A stretch of 64,000 nt of DNA from the NCBI GenBank assembly GCA_024679065.1, contig JAGIQG010000040.1, positions 4,898,001 through 4,962,000 of the forward strand. Reading direction: 5' to 3'. Position 1 is the stretch's first letter. Each line of letters starts with the position of its first letter. The notes under the pieces are model-generated. The model searched no databases, was not told the DNA's origin, and saw only the letters and a program-made list of their open reading frames with translations. The position numbers and the translations under genes are program-made. Shown here in pieces: positions 35,310-48,613 of this stretch. This DNA comes from Sphyrna mokarran (lineage: Eukaryota).

Positions 35310-35750
35310 TCTTCAGTGTGAACACGTTGATGGAACATCAATTCCTGGGAACTTTTATAGCACTTCCCACAGTCTGGACATTTAAAAGGTTTCTCGACAG
35401 TGTGAACTCGCTGTTGTGTCATGGGTAATGATGACTGAGTGAATCATTTCCCTCATGGCCTCTCCTCTGAGTGAACCTGCTGGTGTTTCAACAGATTGTT
35501 CGACTTATTGAATCCCATTTCACACTCAGAGCCGGTTCATGGCCTCTCTCTTGTGTGACTGCGTCACTGAGTTTCCAGTTTAGATGGGTAACTGAAGCCT
35601 TTCTCACAGTCCTTATGTTTCCACAGTTTTCCCCAGTGTGATTGTGTCTCGACAGATTAGATGATTGGTTGAAGCCTCATCCACACATAAAACATGTTTT
35701 TCCCCACGCTGAACAGTGCTTTTTCCTCAATGTTCAAAATCCCATAATTT
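35310..35750 (-). pseudogene. Decayed C2H2 zinc-finger pseudogene
   Basis: Finger/linker sequence with stops; its flank duplicates 33900-34800. Confidence 0.75.
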
Positions 35751-36949
35751 GGACAACTCCATCAGATCTTGATGTGAATGTTTGGCTTGAGTTTCCTGAT
35801 TACATATCCTCCTCTTTCAATACCTCATAAGATTAATTTAAAACAGAGAAAACGGAGTGAGAGAGAGCGCACAAAAACACAAAGACAGGTTATGAAATTG
35901 AGCTGAATGAATCTGGTAATCTATGTGGCCAATACTAGAAAAAAGTGACTGTGGAAGCTCCAAGATTGTCATAAAAACCCAAATGCTTCACTCATGTCCT
36001 TCAGGGAAGGGAACTTTCCACCCAGTCTGGGCCTACACAAGACTCTGGCCTCTACGGGAGGAGAGAGAGATGAAAGAGGCAGGGACAAAGGAGGATGATT
36101 TCTTACTATGATTACTCAAAACTTTAACAAAATTCTCCAAACCTTCAACTTCCACACCAAGGAGGACCAGATGTATGCAAACATCACAAAGTCCAAATTC
36201 CCCTCCAACTTGCACACTGTCCTGCCCTGTCTGATATCCAGTATTGAATGGACAGCGATGTGCTCCATTTAACTATGGGAAGAAGAAAACCATTTCTCTT
36301 CAGCCTTCACTGCAAATTCCATTCCCAAACTACTGACTCCATCCTTCTCCCTGACAACTGTCTGAGACTGAACCGGACTGTTCCCAGCCTCAATAACCAT
36401 TTTCACTCTAAACTGAGCTCCTGACCTCATATCTGCATAATCATCAAGACTACCAATTTCCGGCTCAATCACATCACCTGACCCTGTCCTTGATTCTGCT
36501 CATTTACAGCTGGAACTCTCCTCCATTCCTTCAATAACTCCAGATTTAACTATCCGAATGCATTCCCGGCCTCCTACATTCAATCTCCCTGAAGTCTTGA
36601 AGTCATCCAAATCTCTGCTGGCCATGTGCTTACTCACATCAAGGTTTATTCAATTATCACCCCCGAGCTCACTGACCTGCAAAGCATTTAGTGGATAACA
36701 ATTCCTTGAAATGGCCTGGGAGAGTCTATGACATGGAAGACATATAAATACAGATTGTTATTATTGAGATGTATCACCATTTTTTCATCATCACTGGGTG
36801 AATAACCTATAATTCTTACCTAATGCTTTGTGGAAATACCTTCACCACATGGATTGCAACGGTTCAAGATGGTCAAACATCACCTTGCCCACAGGTACCT
36901 GGGGATGGGGAAAGTTTGCTGCTGGTCCTGTTAGTGAAAGACTATAGTC

Positions 36950-37220
36950 TATTTATTTATTAGCATCACAAGTAGGTTTACATTCACTGCAATGAAATTA
37001 CTGTGAAAACCCCATAGTTACCACACTCTGATGCCTGTTAGGGTACACTGACGGAGAATTTAGCATGGCCAATGCACCTAACCAGCATGTCTTGTGGATT
37101 GTGGGAAGAAACCAGGGCACCCAGAGGGAACCCATGCACACAGGGAGAGAATGTGCAAACTCCACACTGACTCCATAAGGCTGGAAATCGAATCTGGGTC
37201 CCTGGTGCTAACCACCGTCC
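36950..37220 (-). mobile_element. V-SINE
   Basis: Reverse complement ggagtttgcacattctctccctgtgtgcatgggtttccctctgggtgccctggtttcttcccacaatcc. Confidence 0.75.
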
Positions 37221-37309
37221 CATCTTAATTTTCACATCAAAGCAAAAACAGTGACTTAACTATTTGGGACTTTCAAAGGTGGTGATTTTGCCCAACATTC
37301 CCCACGGTG

Positions 37310-37870
37310 GTGAATGTTTAGTATGAAAGTTGGCAAATTGTTACAGTTACATAAAACATTGTTTAGATCACAATTCTTTTTGGCACTCTATCAAAAGGAC
37401 GTGGTGGCTTTGGAGGGAGTACAGAAAATGTTTACCAGGGTGTTGCATGGTATGGAGTGCATTAGCTATGACGAAAGATTGAATAAACTGGAAAGACAGA
37501 GGCCATGGGGTGACCTGACAGAAGTTTATCACATTACAAGGGTGCATAGATAAGATAACAGTTGGAAGCTTTTTCCCTGGGCAGAAATGACAGTCACAAG
37601 TGGGCACAATTCAAAGTCGGTAGGGGTGGTGGTGAAGGTTCAGTGGAGATGTGCGGGGAAAGTTTTTTTTACACAGAGGGTGGTGGGGGCTTGGAATGCA
37701 CTAGCAAGTGAGGTGGTTGAGGAGATACATTAGCAACATTTAAAACCTTTCTGGATAGACACATGAACAGACGGGTATAGAGAGATATAAGCAGTTGTTT
37801 AGCTAGGACAATGTGATGGGAGCAGGTCTGTGGGCTGAAGGCTCTGTTCCTGTTCTTTGTTCTCTATCTA
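37310..37870 (+). mobile_element. CR1 LINE 3' fragment
   Basis: KDVVALEGVQKMFTRVL; tttttacacagagggtggtgggggcttggaatgcact. Confidence 0.8.
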
Positions 37871-37884
37871 CACCATAGGGGGAC

Positions 37885-38190
37885 AGTGCGCAGGCGCAGT
37901 ACCGACACGGTAATGGAGCATGCGCAGTGTTAGTGATGGCGAAGCTGACAGCGGATCCTTTTGTCTCATCCGCAGCCGGTAAAGATGTGGAAACGCGCGG
38001 GGCCGGTAGAGTCGGCGGGTGAACGGAGAGTGTTTCTAAATACCTGCTGGGAGCCTCAAACCGCGAATACGGAGCTGCAGGTTCCGCGTTTCAGCTCCGG
38101 TTTGTTCTCCCGGGGCGAAGACTCCGGTCACCAGCCGCCATCATAGGTCAGCGGAGGGCAGAGCGCATGCGCCGGCGTCTTGGTCACGCC
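37885..38190 (+). promoter_or_regulatory. CpG-rich ZNF promoter (NRF1/YY1-like motifs)
   Basis: GCGCAGGCGCA, GCATGCGCA, GATGGCG, GCCGCCAT; upstream of acceptor ttttacag (~38477) of the ZNF at 38791. Confidence 0.6.
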
Positions 38191-38790
38191 CATTGTGACA
38201 CAACAGAGGCTTCAGGATTTCTGTTTTTAACTGGGTCCTAGTGTCCGTATCCACATCAAACCTTTCAGAGACACTGGTCAGAACTTTCTGATTTAGTTAG
38301 GAAGGTTCCCTTCGGTTTTGCTGAGGCTCGGTTGTTGATTTTTGTCTTTCAATTCGTTTGGACTATATTATTGGAGGGAACAAGAAAGGAAAGAATGTTT
38401 CATCCAAACTAGAATTGTCTGTTCTGAATTTCTAACCTGTATTTACACTGATAACTTCTGTAAACTCCTTTTACAGGGGACTAGGATGGGAGGATTGACA
38501 GGTGGGAAACTTCAATCAAACATCACATTGAGATCTCACAGAGTCAGTCCATTCATCAGGACCTGAATATCAATGTAGAAGGAAAAATATTTGTTGTGTC
38601 TGTGGGAAAGATTTCAAACATCAGTGTGACTGGAAAAGCACCAAGACACACAAGAGAAAATGTTCCAGTGAACTGACTGTGGTAAGAACTTTAACCAGTT
38701 ACACAGCCTGAAAAAATACAGCAACATTCACAGCCTGGAGAAACCGTACATGTGTGTAGCAAACTGGAGAGACACAAGGATATCAGCATC

Positions 38791-39713
38791 ATGGAGAAAC
38801 CATGGAAATGTGAGGACTGTGGGAAGAGATTCAAATGGCCATCCCAGCTGGAAATTCATCAGGGCACTCACACTGGGGAGAGACCATTCACCTGCTCCAC
38901 GTGTGGGAAGGGATTCAGAGAGTCATCCAACCTGCTGCAACACCAGCCAGTTCACACTGACCTGAGACCTTTTAAATGTCCAGACTACGGGAAGTGCTAT
39001 AAAGGTTCTGGAGACCTGATGTCCCATCAACGTGTTCACACTGCCCAGAGACCATCCAAGTGTCCTTATTGCGGGACTGGGTTCAGGAAATCATCTGAAT
39101 TCACTGTACACCAGCGCACTCACACTAGGGAGAGGCCGTTCACCTGCTCCGTGTGTGGGAAGGGGTTCATTAATTCATCCAACCTGTTCAGACACCAGCG
39201 CACTCACTCCAATGTGAGAACTTTTAAATGTCCTGACTGTGAGGACAGTTTTAAAAACAGTAATAATCTGCTGAGGCATCGACGCACTCACACTGGAGAG
39301 AGGCCATTCACCTGCTCAGAATGTGGGAGGGGATTCACTCAATCAGCCGCATTGCTGACACACCGGAGAGTTCACAGTGGAGAGAGGCCATTCACCTGCT
39401 CAGAATGTGGGAAGGGATTCACTCGATCAGCCGCACTGCTGACACGGAGAGTTCACAGCGGAGAGAGGCCATTCACCTGCTCAGAATGTGGGAAGGCATT
39501 CACTCGATCAGCCGCACTGCTGACACACCGGAGAGTTCACAGCGGAGAGAGGCCATTCACCTGCTCCGAGTGAGGGAAGAGATTTACTTGTTCATCTCAT
39601 CTATTGAAACATCAGCGACTCACACTGAGGAGAGACCATTCACCTGCTCCATGCGTGGGAAGGAGCTCACTCAATCTTCTAACCTTCTGACACACCAGCG
39701 AGTTCACAAGTGA
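38791..39713 (+). pseudogene. C2H2 zinc-finger gene with premature TGA (39571) and a downstream frameshift
   Basis: MEKPWKC start, ~9 fingers (some defective), TGC TCC GAG TGA, last fingers in another frame. Confidence 0.8.
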
Positions 39714-40019
39714 CTGCAGAGGTGAGCTCTTCTGTTATTTCTACTGCTAATCACATTTAGTCCTTAATGTGTTGGTTAATCCTGAGGTGTGTAAGAAATG
39801 TGTCCCTGCCACTCTATTCCAAGAGCTCCTGGACGTGGAGCAGAAACTCCTCTACAACTGTATTTAGAGCAAGGAAGAACAACATGAAAGATGCTGTCAG
39901 AGATTGGTGTAAAACTGGGATCTGTTTCTGACTGAGTGAAACAGCAGGTTTAAGTTTCCAGTTGTTCTTCCTTTCTCATCATGGACGCTCATTTCCCATT
40001 CAGTCCTTTCTATTGTCCA

Positions 40020-40450
40020 CTGTATCAGTCACAGCTCAGAGAATCAAACTCTCCGCTCTGAATCAGAAGATTGTTCTTTCAAATCCCAGTCCATTGACAC
40101 GAAGCCAACATTCAAAGCTCCAGCACTGAGGGAGTGCTGCACAATTGGAGCTGCTGTCTTTAGAATGTGATGCCAACCCAGGCATCCCATCTGCATCTTC
40201 AGGTGGACATAGAAGTTACCACAGATATGGTTTTGAAGGAGGGGCTATCCTCGGAGTTCTGGCCAATATTTATCAATCAACATCACTAAAAACAGATCAT
40301 CTGCTCATTATCATGTTGCTGTTTTTGGGATCTTGCTGTGTACACTTTAGCTGCCACATTTCTTGCATTACGACAGTGACCATCCTTCAAACATACTTCA
40401 TGGCTGTAAACACCCTGTGGTCCTGAACGATGCTAAATGCAAGTTTTTAA
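40020..40450 (+). mobile_element. Deu-SINE-like element (SacSINE1/AmnSINE1-type)
   Basis: gcactgagggagtgctgcac...ctggccaatatttatc...catcactaaaacagat.atctg.tcattatca..ttgctgttt.tgggatcttgctgtg, recognised from memory of the Deu domain. Confidence 0.65.
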
Positions 40451-41819
40451 ATTTCAGATTTATGTTACCTGATCTTAATATCTGAATCTTAATTGAATTC
40501 AGCCACCCCCAACTTGCCATTTAATAAATTCACCTAGAAACGAAGAATATTTTAATCAAGTAAGGCAGCAGCAGGATTCTCCATTGAGTAAATTTGAAAA
40601 ATAAGTTTATCCAACAAGAAACATTTACTTCAAACTTTGGCTTTTACAACTTGATGTGGGTGATCAGTCTGTCGAAGGTTAACCCTCTCTGGCTCATTCT
40701 TTGACAGGAGTTCTTGTGGATTTCAACCTCAGAAATCTGGTTCCTTCTTTGACTATAATTTACCTGGAACTTGACCTCATGAATATTCAGTAGTTGGCTG
40801 GCAAGAAAGATGTTGGGAATTTCTACTTTATTCCCAAAGTGATACTAGAGTTGGGCTGATTGTGACATGATGCTTGGTGAATTTGGTTACCAGATTAATT
40901 AAACTGGATTCCCAATTACTCACACCACCTTTTCTTATTAACTTAGACAATAATACAATTGCACAGTTTCATAATCCATTGTCTGATTCTATACAATCAG
41001 GTATTCAGACAATTTCAAATTCTGAGATAAATCAAAGCTTGAAAGTCTTTCTTCCCAGTACATTTATCTTCATTGCACATTCATTACATACACAGCAATT
41101 CAAATGATACATTTTGACAGCAAATAAAACTCAGTTTTTTACTATAAGTCGACTTATGACACTAATAGATAAACAAAAAAAATTGATTTATTAAACTCAA
41201 TTAACTCTCACTACTCTCCAGTTATTTGTTACTGACTGCTAATTAATTAATACAGTGATTTTTAACTAATAAACTTGGTTACTGCAAGATAGACTGGTGC
41301 AAAAACACAGTTTGTTAAAAGACAACAGCTTTCTTTCTTACTAATCCTGACCAGACTGAACAATGAACAATTATTTTCCAGCTGGACTTTGGAAGAATAT
41401 AATACCCTGTAGCATATAAAATTTATAAAATGTTTTCTTTCTTTAAACAATTTCTGCCAGCTCTGCAGTTTCTGGAAACATTTCAGGTTATTCAGTGTTA
41501 AAATTTTAAAATAAAGCTCTAGCCTTTATGATATAATTTGTCTCTTACATTGAGTCACTAACAATACCTTAATCAAGGTTCATTACTGAATAATCATACG
41601 CTTCATGACTGACCGTTAATATTAAATCAACTTGTAGTGAATAAAACAACTGACAGAAGGTGACTAGATTGTTGGAAGCCACATATTTTATTTTAAAATG
41701 GTTTCCTTGACCTTATAGCGATGAATATGGTATGGAAATGGTTGTTTATAAAACTCAATTTGATTACCTAGGCCTGCAGTTTCCTCCATTCCAACAGTCA
41801 CTACAATTCATAGAACAAT

Positions 41820-43097
41820 CCAAGATGCTTGGATTGGCGGGTACAGAAGAGCAGTATCAGGCAATACAACAGGACATAGACAGGTTGGTAGATTGGGCAG
41901 ATAGATGGCAAATGGAATTTAATCCGGAAAAATGCGAGGTGATGCATTTTGGCCGGAAAAATGTAGAAGAGAATTATAGGATAAAAGGTAAAACTATAAG
42001 GAGCATAGAGACGCAGAGAGACTTGGGGGTGCAGGTTCACAAGTCTCTGAAGGTGTCCTCACAGGTGGAGAAGGTGACAAAGAAGGCGTATAGTATGTTA
42101 GCTTTCATAGAAAAGGGTATAGAATACAAGAGTAGGAGTTTGATGTTGCAGTTGTATAGAACTTTGGTTAGGCCTCACTTGGAATACTGCGCCCAGTTCT
42201 GGTCTCCGTACTATCGGAAGGATGTGGAGTCCTTGGAGAGAGTGCAGAGGAGGTTTACCAGGATGCTGCCTGGTATGGAAGGACTGTCTTATGAGGAACG
42301 ATTAGATAGACTGGGGTTGTTTTCCCTTGAAAGACGTCGGCTTAGAGGGGATCTCATAGAGGTGTATAAGATTATAAGGGGTATAGATAGAGTAAATGGA
42401 GGTAAACTTTTTCCACCTTTAGAAATGGATAGGACGAGAGGTCATGGCCATAGGGTGAGGGGGGCTATGTATAGGACGAATATTAGAGGGCAGTTTTTCA
42501 CACAAAGGGTAGTGGGGGTGTGGAATGCACTGCCGAGTAAGGTGGTGGGAGCAGGCACGCTGGGGCTGTTTAAGGGTCTCTTGGACAGCCACATGAGCGG
42601 TATGCAGATAGAGGGATATATTAGGACTGTTTAACTACGGCTTTTTTCCACAGGTAATTCGGTCCATAATTTGAGCACGCATTCGGCAGGTGGTGCGGGT
42701 ACAGCTCTTGGATGTTGATTCATGGGTTGCCTGGTACCTCATGTCGTATATGAGTGCTTTATGTGGACCACCTGAAGGGCACCATGACAGCTCAGAGACT
42801 ATCGATGTGGCTGTGCAGACACTTGGAATTGGGCCGGTGTCTGCGGGAGTTTGCGCGTTCTCCCCGTGGTTGCGTGGGTTTTCTCCGGGCACTCCGGTTT
42901 CCTCCCACAACCCAAAAATTCGCTCTTAGGCTGATTGGGTAACAAATTGTCCCTATGGTGAAAATTTTCCAAATTAGGATTAATATATATATTATTATAT
43001 AGGACTATTAAAATAGGATAATGATTTGGTATTACGGTGGCGCGGGCTCGTTGGGCCGAAGGGCCTGTTTCCCGTGCTGTGTTGCTTAAAAAAAAAC
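41820..43097 (+). mobile_element. Young 5'-truncated CR1 LINE (intact ORF2 C-terminus) with V-SINE-derived 3' UTR and A-tail
   Basis: WQMEFNPEKCEVMHFG..VRPHLEYCAQFWSP..FFTQRVVGVWNALP to stop at 42634; V-domain 42840-42960; tail and A10. Confidence 0.9.
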
Positions 43098-43209
43098 TTC
43101 AATCAGTGTATAATGCTTCAGGACAGAGTTAGATAGATTCCAGATAAATAAGGTTCTGTAAGGTTATCAGAGGAATTGTGGAGTTGAGGTTTCAATCAGA
43201 TCAGCCATT

Positions 43210-43715
43210 TGATTTATTATTGTCTGCAATAATATACAGTAAAAAAATATTGTTTCTTGCGTGTTGTATGAAACATACCGTTCACAAAGAAACAAGAGAG
43301 TGCAGAATGTAGTGTTATAGTCACAGCAGAGAAAGACCAACTTAATGCAAGATAAGTCCAGTCAAAAGTCTGACAGCAGCAGGGAAGAAGTTGTTCTTGA
43401 GTTGGTTGGTGCATAACCTCAGACTTTTGTATGTTTTTCCTGACTGAAGAAGGTGGAAGAGAGAATGTCAGGGGTGCCTGGCTGCTTTACCAAGGCAGTG
43501 TAGACAGAGTCAATGGATGGGAGGAATGTACCCCAATCCATCTATTGCGTGATAGATTGGGCTACATTCATGACCTTTTTGTAGTTCTTTGTGGTTTTGG
43601 GCAGAGCAGGAGCCATACCAAGCTGTGATACAACCAGAAAGAATGCTTCCTATGGTGCATCTGTAAAAGTTGGTAGAAGTCATGGCTGACATGCCAAATT
43701 TCCTTAGTATTGATC
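43210..43715 (-). mobile_element. Rex1/Babar-like LINE 3' fragment
   Basis: TNFYRCTIGSILSGCITAWYGSCSAQ. Confidence 0.75.
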
Positions 43716-44477
43716 ATCTTGAATGGCCGAATAGGTTCCTGCTTCATATGTTCATCTGACACCCTGTGGATGTGAGAGGTGCTATAAAAATGCATTTTTT
43801 TCTTGTTGTCCACAATGTCCCCACATCAAAGTCACTGTTAAAGGTTAAGTCTAAATTTGACACATTTCGAATGATGGGCTGCTTTTTACTAAAGGGAAGA
43901 CTGAAAGGTGACCTGATGGAAGTCTTTAAGATTATGAAGGGGTTCAATAATCCAATAGGGATTTAATAGAAAGCTCTTTACCCAGAGAATGGTGAGAATG
44001 TGGATCTCACTACCACAGTGAGTGGTTGAGGTGAACAGCATGAGTACAGCGAAGGGGAAGCTGGATACGTACTTCAGGGAGGCAGGAATAGAAGGATATG
44101 CTGATGGGGGGAGATGAAGGTGGGGGAGGTGGAGGCTCACGTGGAACATAAATACTGACACAGACCGATTGAGCCGATTGGCCTGGCCCTGTGCTGTAAC
44201 CTCAATGGAACAGAGACAAATGTATTTATTTTAGATCTACCTGTAGTGGTAGGAAAAACATTGTTTACTGTGTAGGATAGAATAAATGTCATCTTCAACT
44301 TTTATGGATCATTTCAGTGGAATGTACACTCAAACAGCACCAGCCCACTGGAGGCAAAGTTGTGAGACGGGCCAGTCCAGGAGAAAGAAACCCTCTGACC
44401 CTCCCAATTCACCCAACAGTCAGAATGAACATCGTTCACTCCTCGATGTGATTAACAGCAGAATCCAATCTCTGTAA

Positions 44478-45656
44478 TCACTTGTGAACTTGCTGGTGTC
44501 TCAGCAGCTGTGACGACTGAATGAATCCCTTCCCACACACACAGCAGGTAAACGGTCTCTCTCCAGTGTGAATTCGCTGGTGTGCCTGCAGGTTGGATGA
44601 ATTACTGAATCTTTTCCCACACTGAGAGCAGGTGAACGGTCTCTCCCCGGTGTGAACCCGCTGGTGTGTCCGCAGGTGGGATGACTGAGTGAATGCTTTC
44701 CCACAATGGGAGCAGGTGAATGGTCTCTGCCCAGTGTGCAATCGTCGGTGTTTCTGCAGATTGGATCCATCAGGGAAACCCTTCCCACACTCAGGACATG
44801 TCAATGGTCTTTCCCCAGTGTGAACTCGCTGATGTGTCAGCAGATGGGATGAATCAGCGAATCCCTTCCCACACTCGGAGCAGGCGAATGGCCTCTCCCC
44901 AGTGTGAACTCGCTGGTGCATCAACAGATGGGATGAGCGACTAAATCCCTTCCCACAGGTAGAGCAGGTGAATGGTTTCTCCCCAGTGTGAACTCGTTGG
45001 TGCATCAGCAGACTGAATGAGTCAAAGAATCTCTTCCCACACGTTGAGCAGGGGAATGGTCTCTCCCTGGTATGAACCTTCTGGTGCATCAGCAGGTTGG
45101 ATGAATCAGTAAATCCTTTCCCACATTCGGAGCAGGCAAACGGCCTCTCCCCAGTGTGAACTCTCTGGTGCCTCAGCAGGTTAGATGAATCACTGAATGC
45201 CTTCCCACACTCGGAGCAGCTGAATGGTCTCTCCCCGGTGTGAATGCGCTCGTGTGACTGTAGGTGGGATAACTGAGTGAATTCCTTCCTGCACTCCGAG
45301 CAGGTGAACCGTCTCTCCCTGGTGTGAACTCGTTGGTGCATCAGCAGGTTGGATGAATCACTGAATCCCTTCCCACAATCAGAGCAGGTGAATGGCTTCT
45401 CCCCACTGTGAACTCTCTTGTGTGTCTGCAAGTGGGATGAACTTGTGAATCCTTTCCTGCACTCAGGGCAGATGAATGGCCTCTCCCCTGTGTGAACTCG
45501 TTTGTGTGTCTGCAGGGAGGACGAATGAGCGAATCCCTTCCCACACTCCAAGCAAGTGAATGGCTTCTCTCCAGTGTGACCACGTCGATGAGTTTCCAGC
45601 TGGTATGGGAAACTGAATCCTTTACCACAGTCTCCACATTTCCACGGTTTCTCCAT
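44478..45656 (-). CDS. C2H2 zinc-finger protein, 14 fingers
   Basis: ATG 45656 MEKPWKC followed by 14 intact fingers. Confidence 0.9.
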   Translation of the reverse strand: MEKPWKCGDCGKGFSFPYQLETHRRGHTGEKPFTCLECGKGFAHSSSLQTHKRVHTGERPFICPECRKGFTSSSHLQTHKRVHSGEKPFTCSDCGKGFSDSSNLLMHQRVHTRERRFTCSECRKEFTQLSHLQSHERIHTGERPFSCSECGKAFSDSSNLLRHQRVHTGERPFACSECGKGFTDSSNLLMHQKVHTRERPFPCSTCGKRFFDSFSLLMHQRVHTGEKPFTCSTCGKGFSRSSHLLMHQRVHTGERPFACSECGKGFADSSHLLTHQRVHTGERPLTCPECGKGFPDGSNLQKHRRLHTGQRPFTCSHCGKAFTQSSHLRTHQRVHTGERPFTCSQCGKRFSNSSNLQAHQRIHTGERPFTCCVCGKGFIQSSQLLRHQQVHK

Positions 45657-46249
45657 GTGTCTCTCCCAGTTTGACAGAGAGTTGAAGCCTTGTCCGCACA
45701 TAAAAGGCTGGAACAGTGACTAGTGATGTCTTTTCAAGCTGTGTAACTGATTGAAGTTTTATTCCATATTCAGCGCACTTGAACACTCATTTGTGTCTGT
45801 ATCTCCATGTTTTCCAATACATTTATGGTTGAAATCTCTTGAAGCAGACAGGCACAGAAATATTTCTCTTATAGATTCCAAAGGCCAATGTTGTTCATGT
45901 CCCGATTCATCAAGTTAATCTGTCAAATCACCACAAATATTTGTTTTGAGAAGTCCTATTCTGTTATTCTGTAAAACGAGTTCCAAAATTCATTACTGTC
46001 TGTGCAATTAGAAATTCAGAAAAGACAATTCTAGTTTTCATAGAAAATTCTTTACTCTCTCCCGCCATTCTTACCCTGCATCTAATACACATCAGAGATC
46101 AACACTAGACATATCCCTATCCTACATTAATTTACTGTATCTTTAATGTTAGCTAACTCTTTAATTGCGAATATTAGGAAAATAGACCATCCTTTTAGCC
46201 AGACAAATAAATGTATTAAGCTGAGGGAACTCAAGGATGTTAATGTCTT

Positions 46250-46650
46250 TAAAAGAGCGACCTTGACAACCTTTCCAGAATCTGCACCCTCCCTGGATTC
46301 ACTTCCTTTCCCTTCAGTTTTTGCAAATCCGCAATTTCCCCAGAACGGGAAAAGAAATGGAAAGGAGGAGAAAAGAAAGTGTTTTACTCACAGATATTCG
46401 ACAGGAGGAAGTTTGAGTCTGAATCTCAATCTGCAGTCACACAAAGCCCACGCTCTGATTGGCTGGAGAACCAGAGGGCTTCCGGTCCTCCAACTATTCT
46501 CATTGGTCAACATCTCATGCGACATAATAGACCACCTCTGCACATGCGCACCTTCTCTCCCCCGGATATTTGCATTCCGGGCCGCCGACTAGCGCGGCGA
46601 ATAGAGCGGTTTCCCCAGCGCCGAGGATTGTGGGAATGCGGCGGCATTAT
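46250..46650 (-). promoter_or_regulatory. ZNF promoter/first-exon cassette
   Basis: Homologous to 900-1140 (CCAAT, CCGGAAG, gtgagt donor). Confidence 0.65.
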
Positions 46651-46944
46651 TCAGTTTAAACTAAAGTAACTGAGGGAATTGTTTACAAATACTGGTGGAT
46701 CTGGCTTATTGCAGACAGAATGAGAAGGGCAATGAGACAGAGCTGTGACTGCACCCTGGCAGAGACAGAAATCCTATTGGAAGGTTGAAACATGGAGTTT
46801 CAAGAAAGAAGGGTATGGATTTGGGAAGTAACAAACAAGTTATAGAGGAAAAGATGGTTGGAGATTGGGGTAGGAGTTTACAAGGATGTTGGGAGTTAAG
46901 GGTTGGTTTCATTGGGGAAAAGGGCTGGTGATGATCGCAGATCT

Positions 46945-47138
46945 GAAAGACAGTAAGAAGTCTCACAACACCAGGTTAAAGTCCAATAGGTTTATTTGGT
47001 AGCAAGCACCACTAGCTTTCAGAGTGCTGCTCCTTCATCAGTACCATTTGCTACCAAATAAACCTGTTAGACTTTAACCTGGTATTATGAGACTTCTCAC
47101 TGTGTTTACCTCAATCCAATGCCAGCATCTCCACATCA
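46945..47138. mobile_element. Penelope-type inverted pLTR pair with hammerhead motif on the minus strand
   Basis: Inverted arms aagtctcacaacaccaggttaaagtccaataggtttatttggtagc / gctaccaaataaacctgttagactttaacctggtattatgagactt; reverse complement ctgatgaaggagcagcactctgaaagcta. Confidence 0.75.
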
Positions 47139-47639
47139 GGTGTGAAGGACACAGGAACAGTACCTGAAGGGAAACAGCCATAAACAATATCAGTAAACAT
47201 GGTGAAATTGGGTAATGAGCAGTGTAGTGGGAGTAAGGTTGAGGGAGGAGGTGGGATTGCTGGAAAAGATAAACTCAGAGGATACAAAGAGCAATAGGAG
47301 AGAATCAAAACAAAGAATCAAATTCAGGGTTACAGCAAGGGAGGGTCATTGGAGACAGTTTAGCTTGATGGGCTAGTGGAAGGTTGGGAGGGGAGCAGTG
47401 GAGACAGCGATCAAATTGTCTCAATCTTAATAACAAAGAAGCTCCATGAGCTCCTCACACTTATTGTTGGAGGTAAAGATGAAGAAGACAGGAGGAAGAG
47501 AGACTTTTGTGTTTGAGATATTAAAAAAGTTCAACATTTTTTATGCCTAACACAGTTGCTTTATTTGACTTAATATTAGCATTTATAACTATGCTGTTGT
47601 TTATTAACAGCAATTCAGTAATAACTGTACACACAAATA

Positions 47640-48290
47640 AGACATAAAGTAACAGCAAGAGTAGGCTACTTAGCTCCTCTAGCCTGCTCCACCACTCAAT
47701 AAGACCCTGGTTGATCTGATTGTAACCTCAAATCCACATTCCTTTTATTCCCTGTTAATGAAGAATCTATCCAGCTCTGCCTTCAAAATATTCAAAGTCT
47801 CTGCTTCCAGTGCCTTTTGAGGAAGAGAGTTCCAAAGACACTCTGTCATTTGAGAGAAAACATTTATTGCTCATCTTTGTGTCAACTGGGCAACATTTAT
47901 TTTTAATAATGATTTCTGTATTAGATTCGCTCACATGAGAAAACATTCTCTCTAAATCTATCCAGTGAAAATACCTTAGGAACTGAAAAAGATTTTAATC
48001 AAGTCGCCTCTTACTCTTTTAAGCTCCAGCAGATACAAGCCCAGGCTATTCAATCTTTCCTCATAAGATAACCCTCTCATTTCCATTATTAGTTTTGTGG
48101 ACCTTCTCTGAACTGCTTCTAGCATATTTACATTCTTCTTTAAATATGGAGACCGATTCATCAATAATATTCCAAACATCCAGTGTTCTGTATAGCTGAT
48201 GCATAATCTGTCTTTTGTATTCAATTCCCCTCACAATAAACAATAACATTATGGTAACATTCCAAATTACTTTCTGTACACTATACAGCC
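47640..48290 (-). mobile_element. CR1 LINE fragment
   Basis: SPYLKKNVNMLEAVQRR..YEERLNSLGLY..RVRGDLIK. Confidence 0.75.
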
Positions 48291-48613
48291 TTTTGTGATT
48301 CCTCTGATGGGTAACAGAATTTCTTTTGAAAGTCAGTTTCCACGGTTGCTCCCTAATGTGACTGTGGTTGTCAACGATATTGTTTCCTTCCATGTTTAAA
48401 ATTCTCTGTTGTTCCCATTACAATAAATTGTATGGCTCCATCCAATCCTGATCAAATGTTTTGTGAATGTCCTGACCCCAAATTCTTCCCTTCTAAGCCA
48501 ATTATATTGACATCTATAACAGAGCTGGAGTTATTTTTCAATTCAGCAGAAACAGACACAAACAAACATGGTTAAGTCTGAATATGATTAACAACAAAAT
48601 CCAATCACAATAG

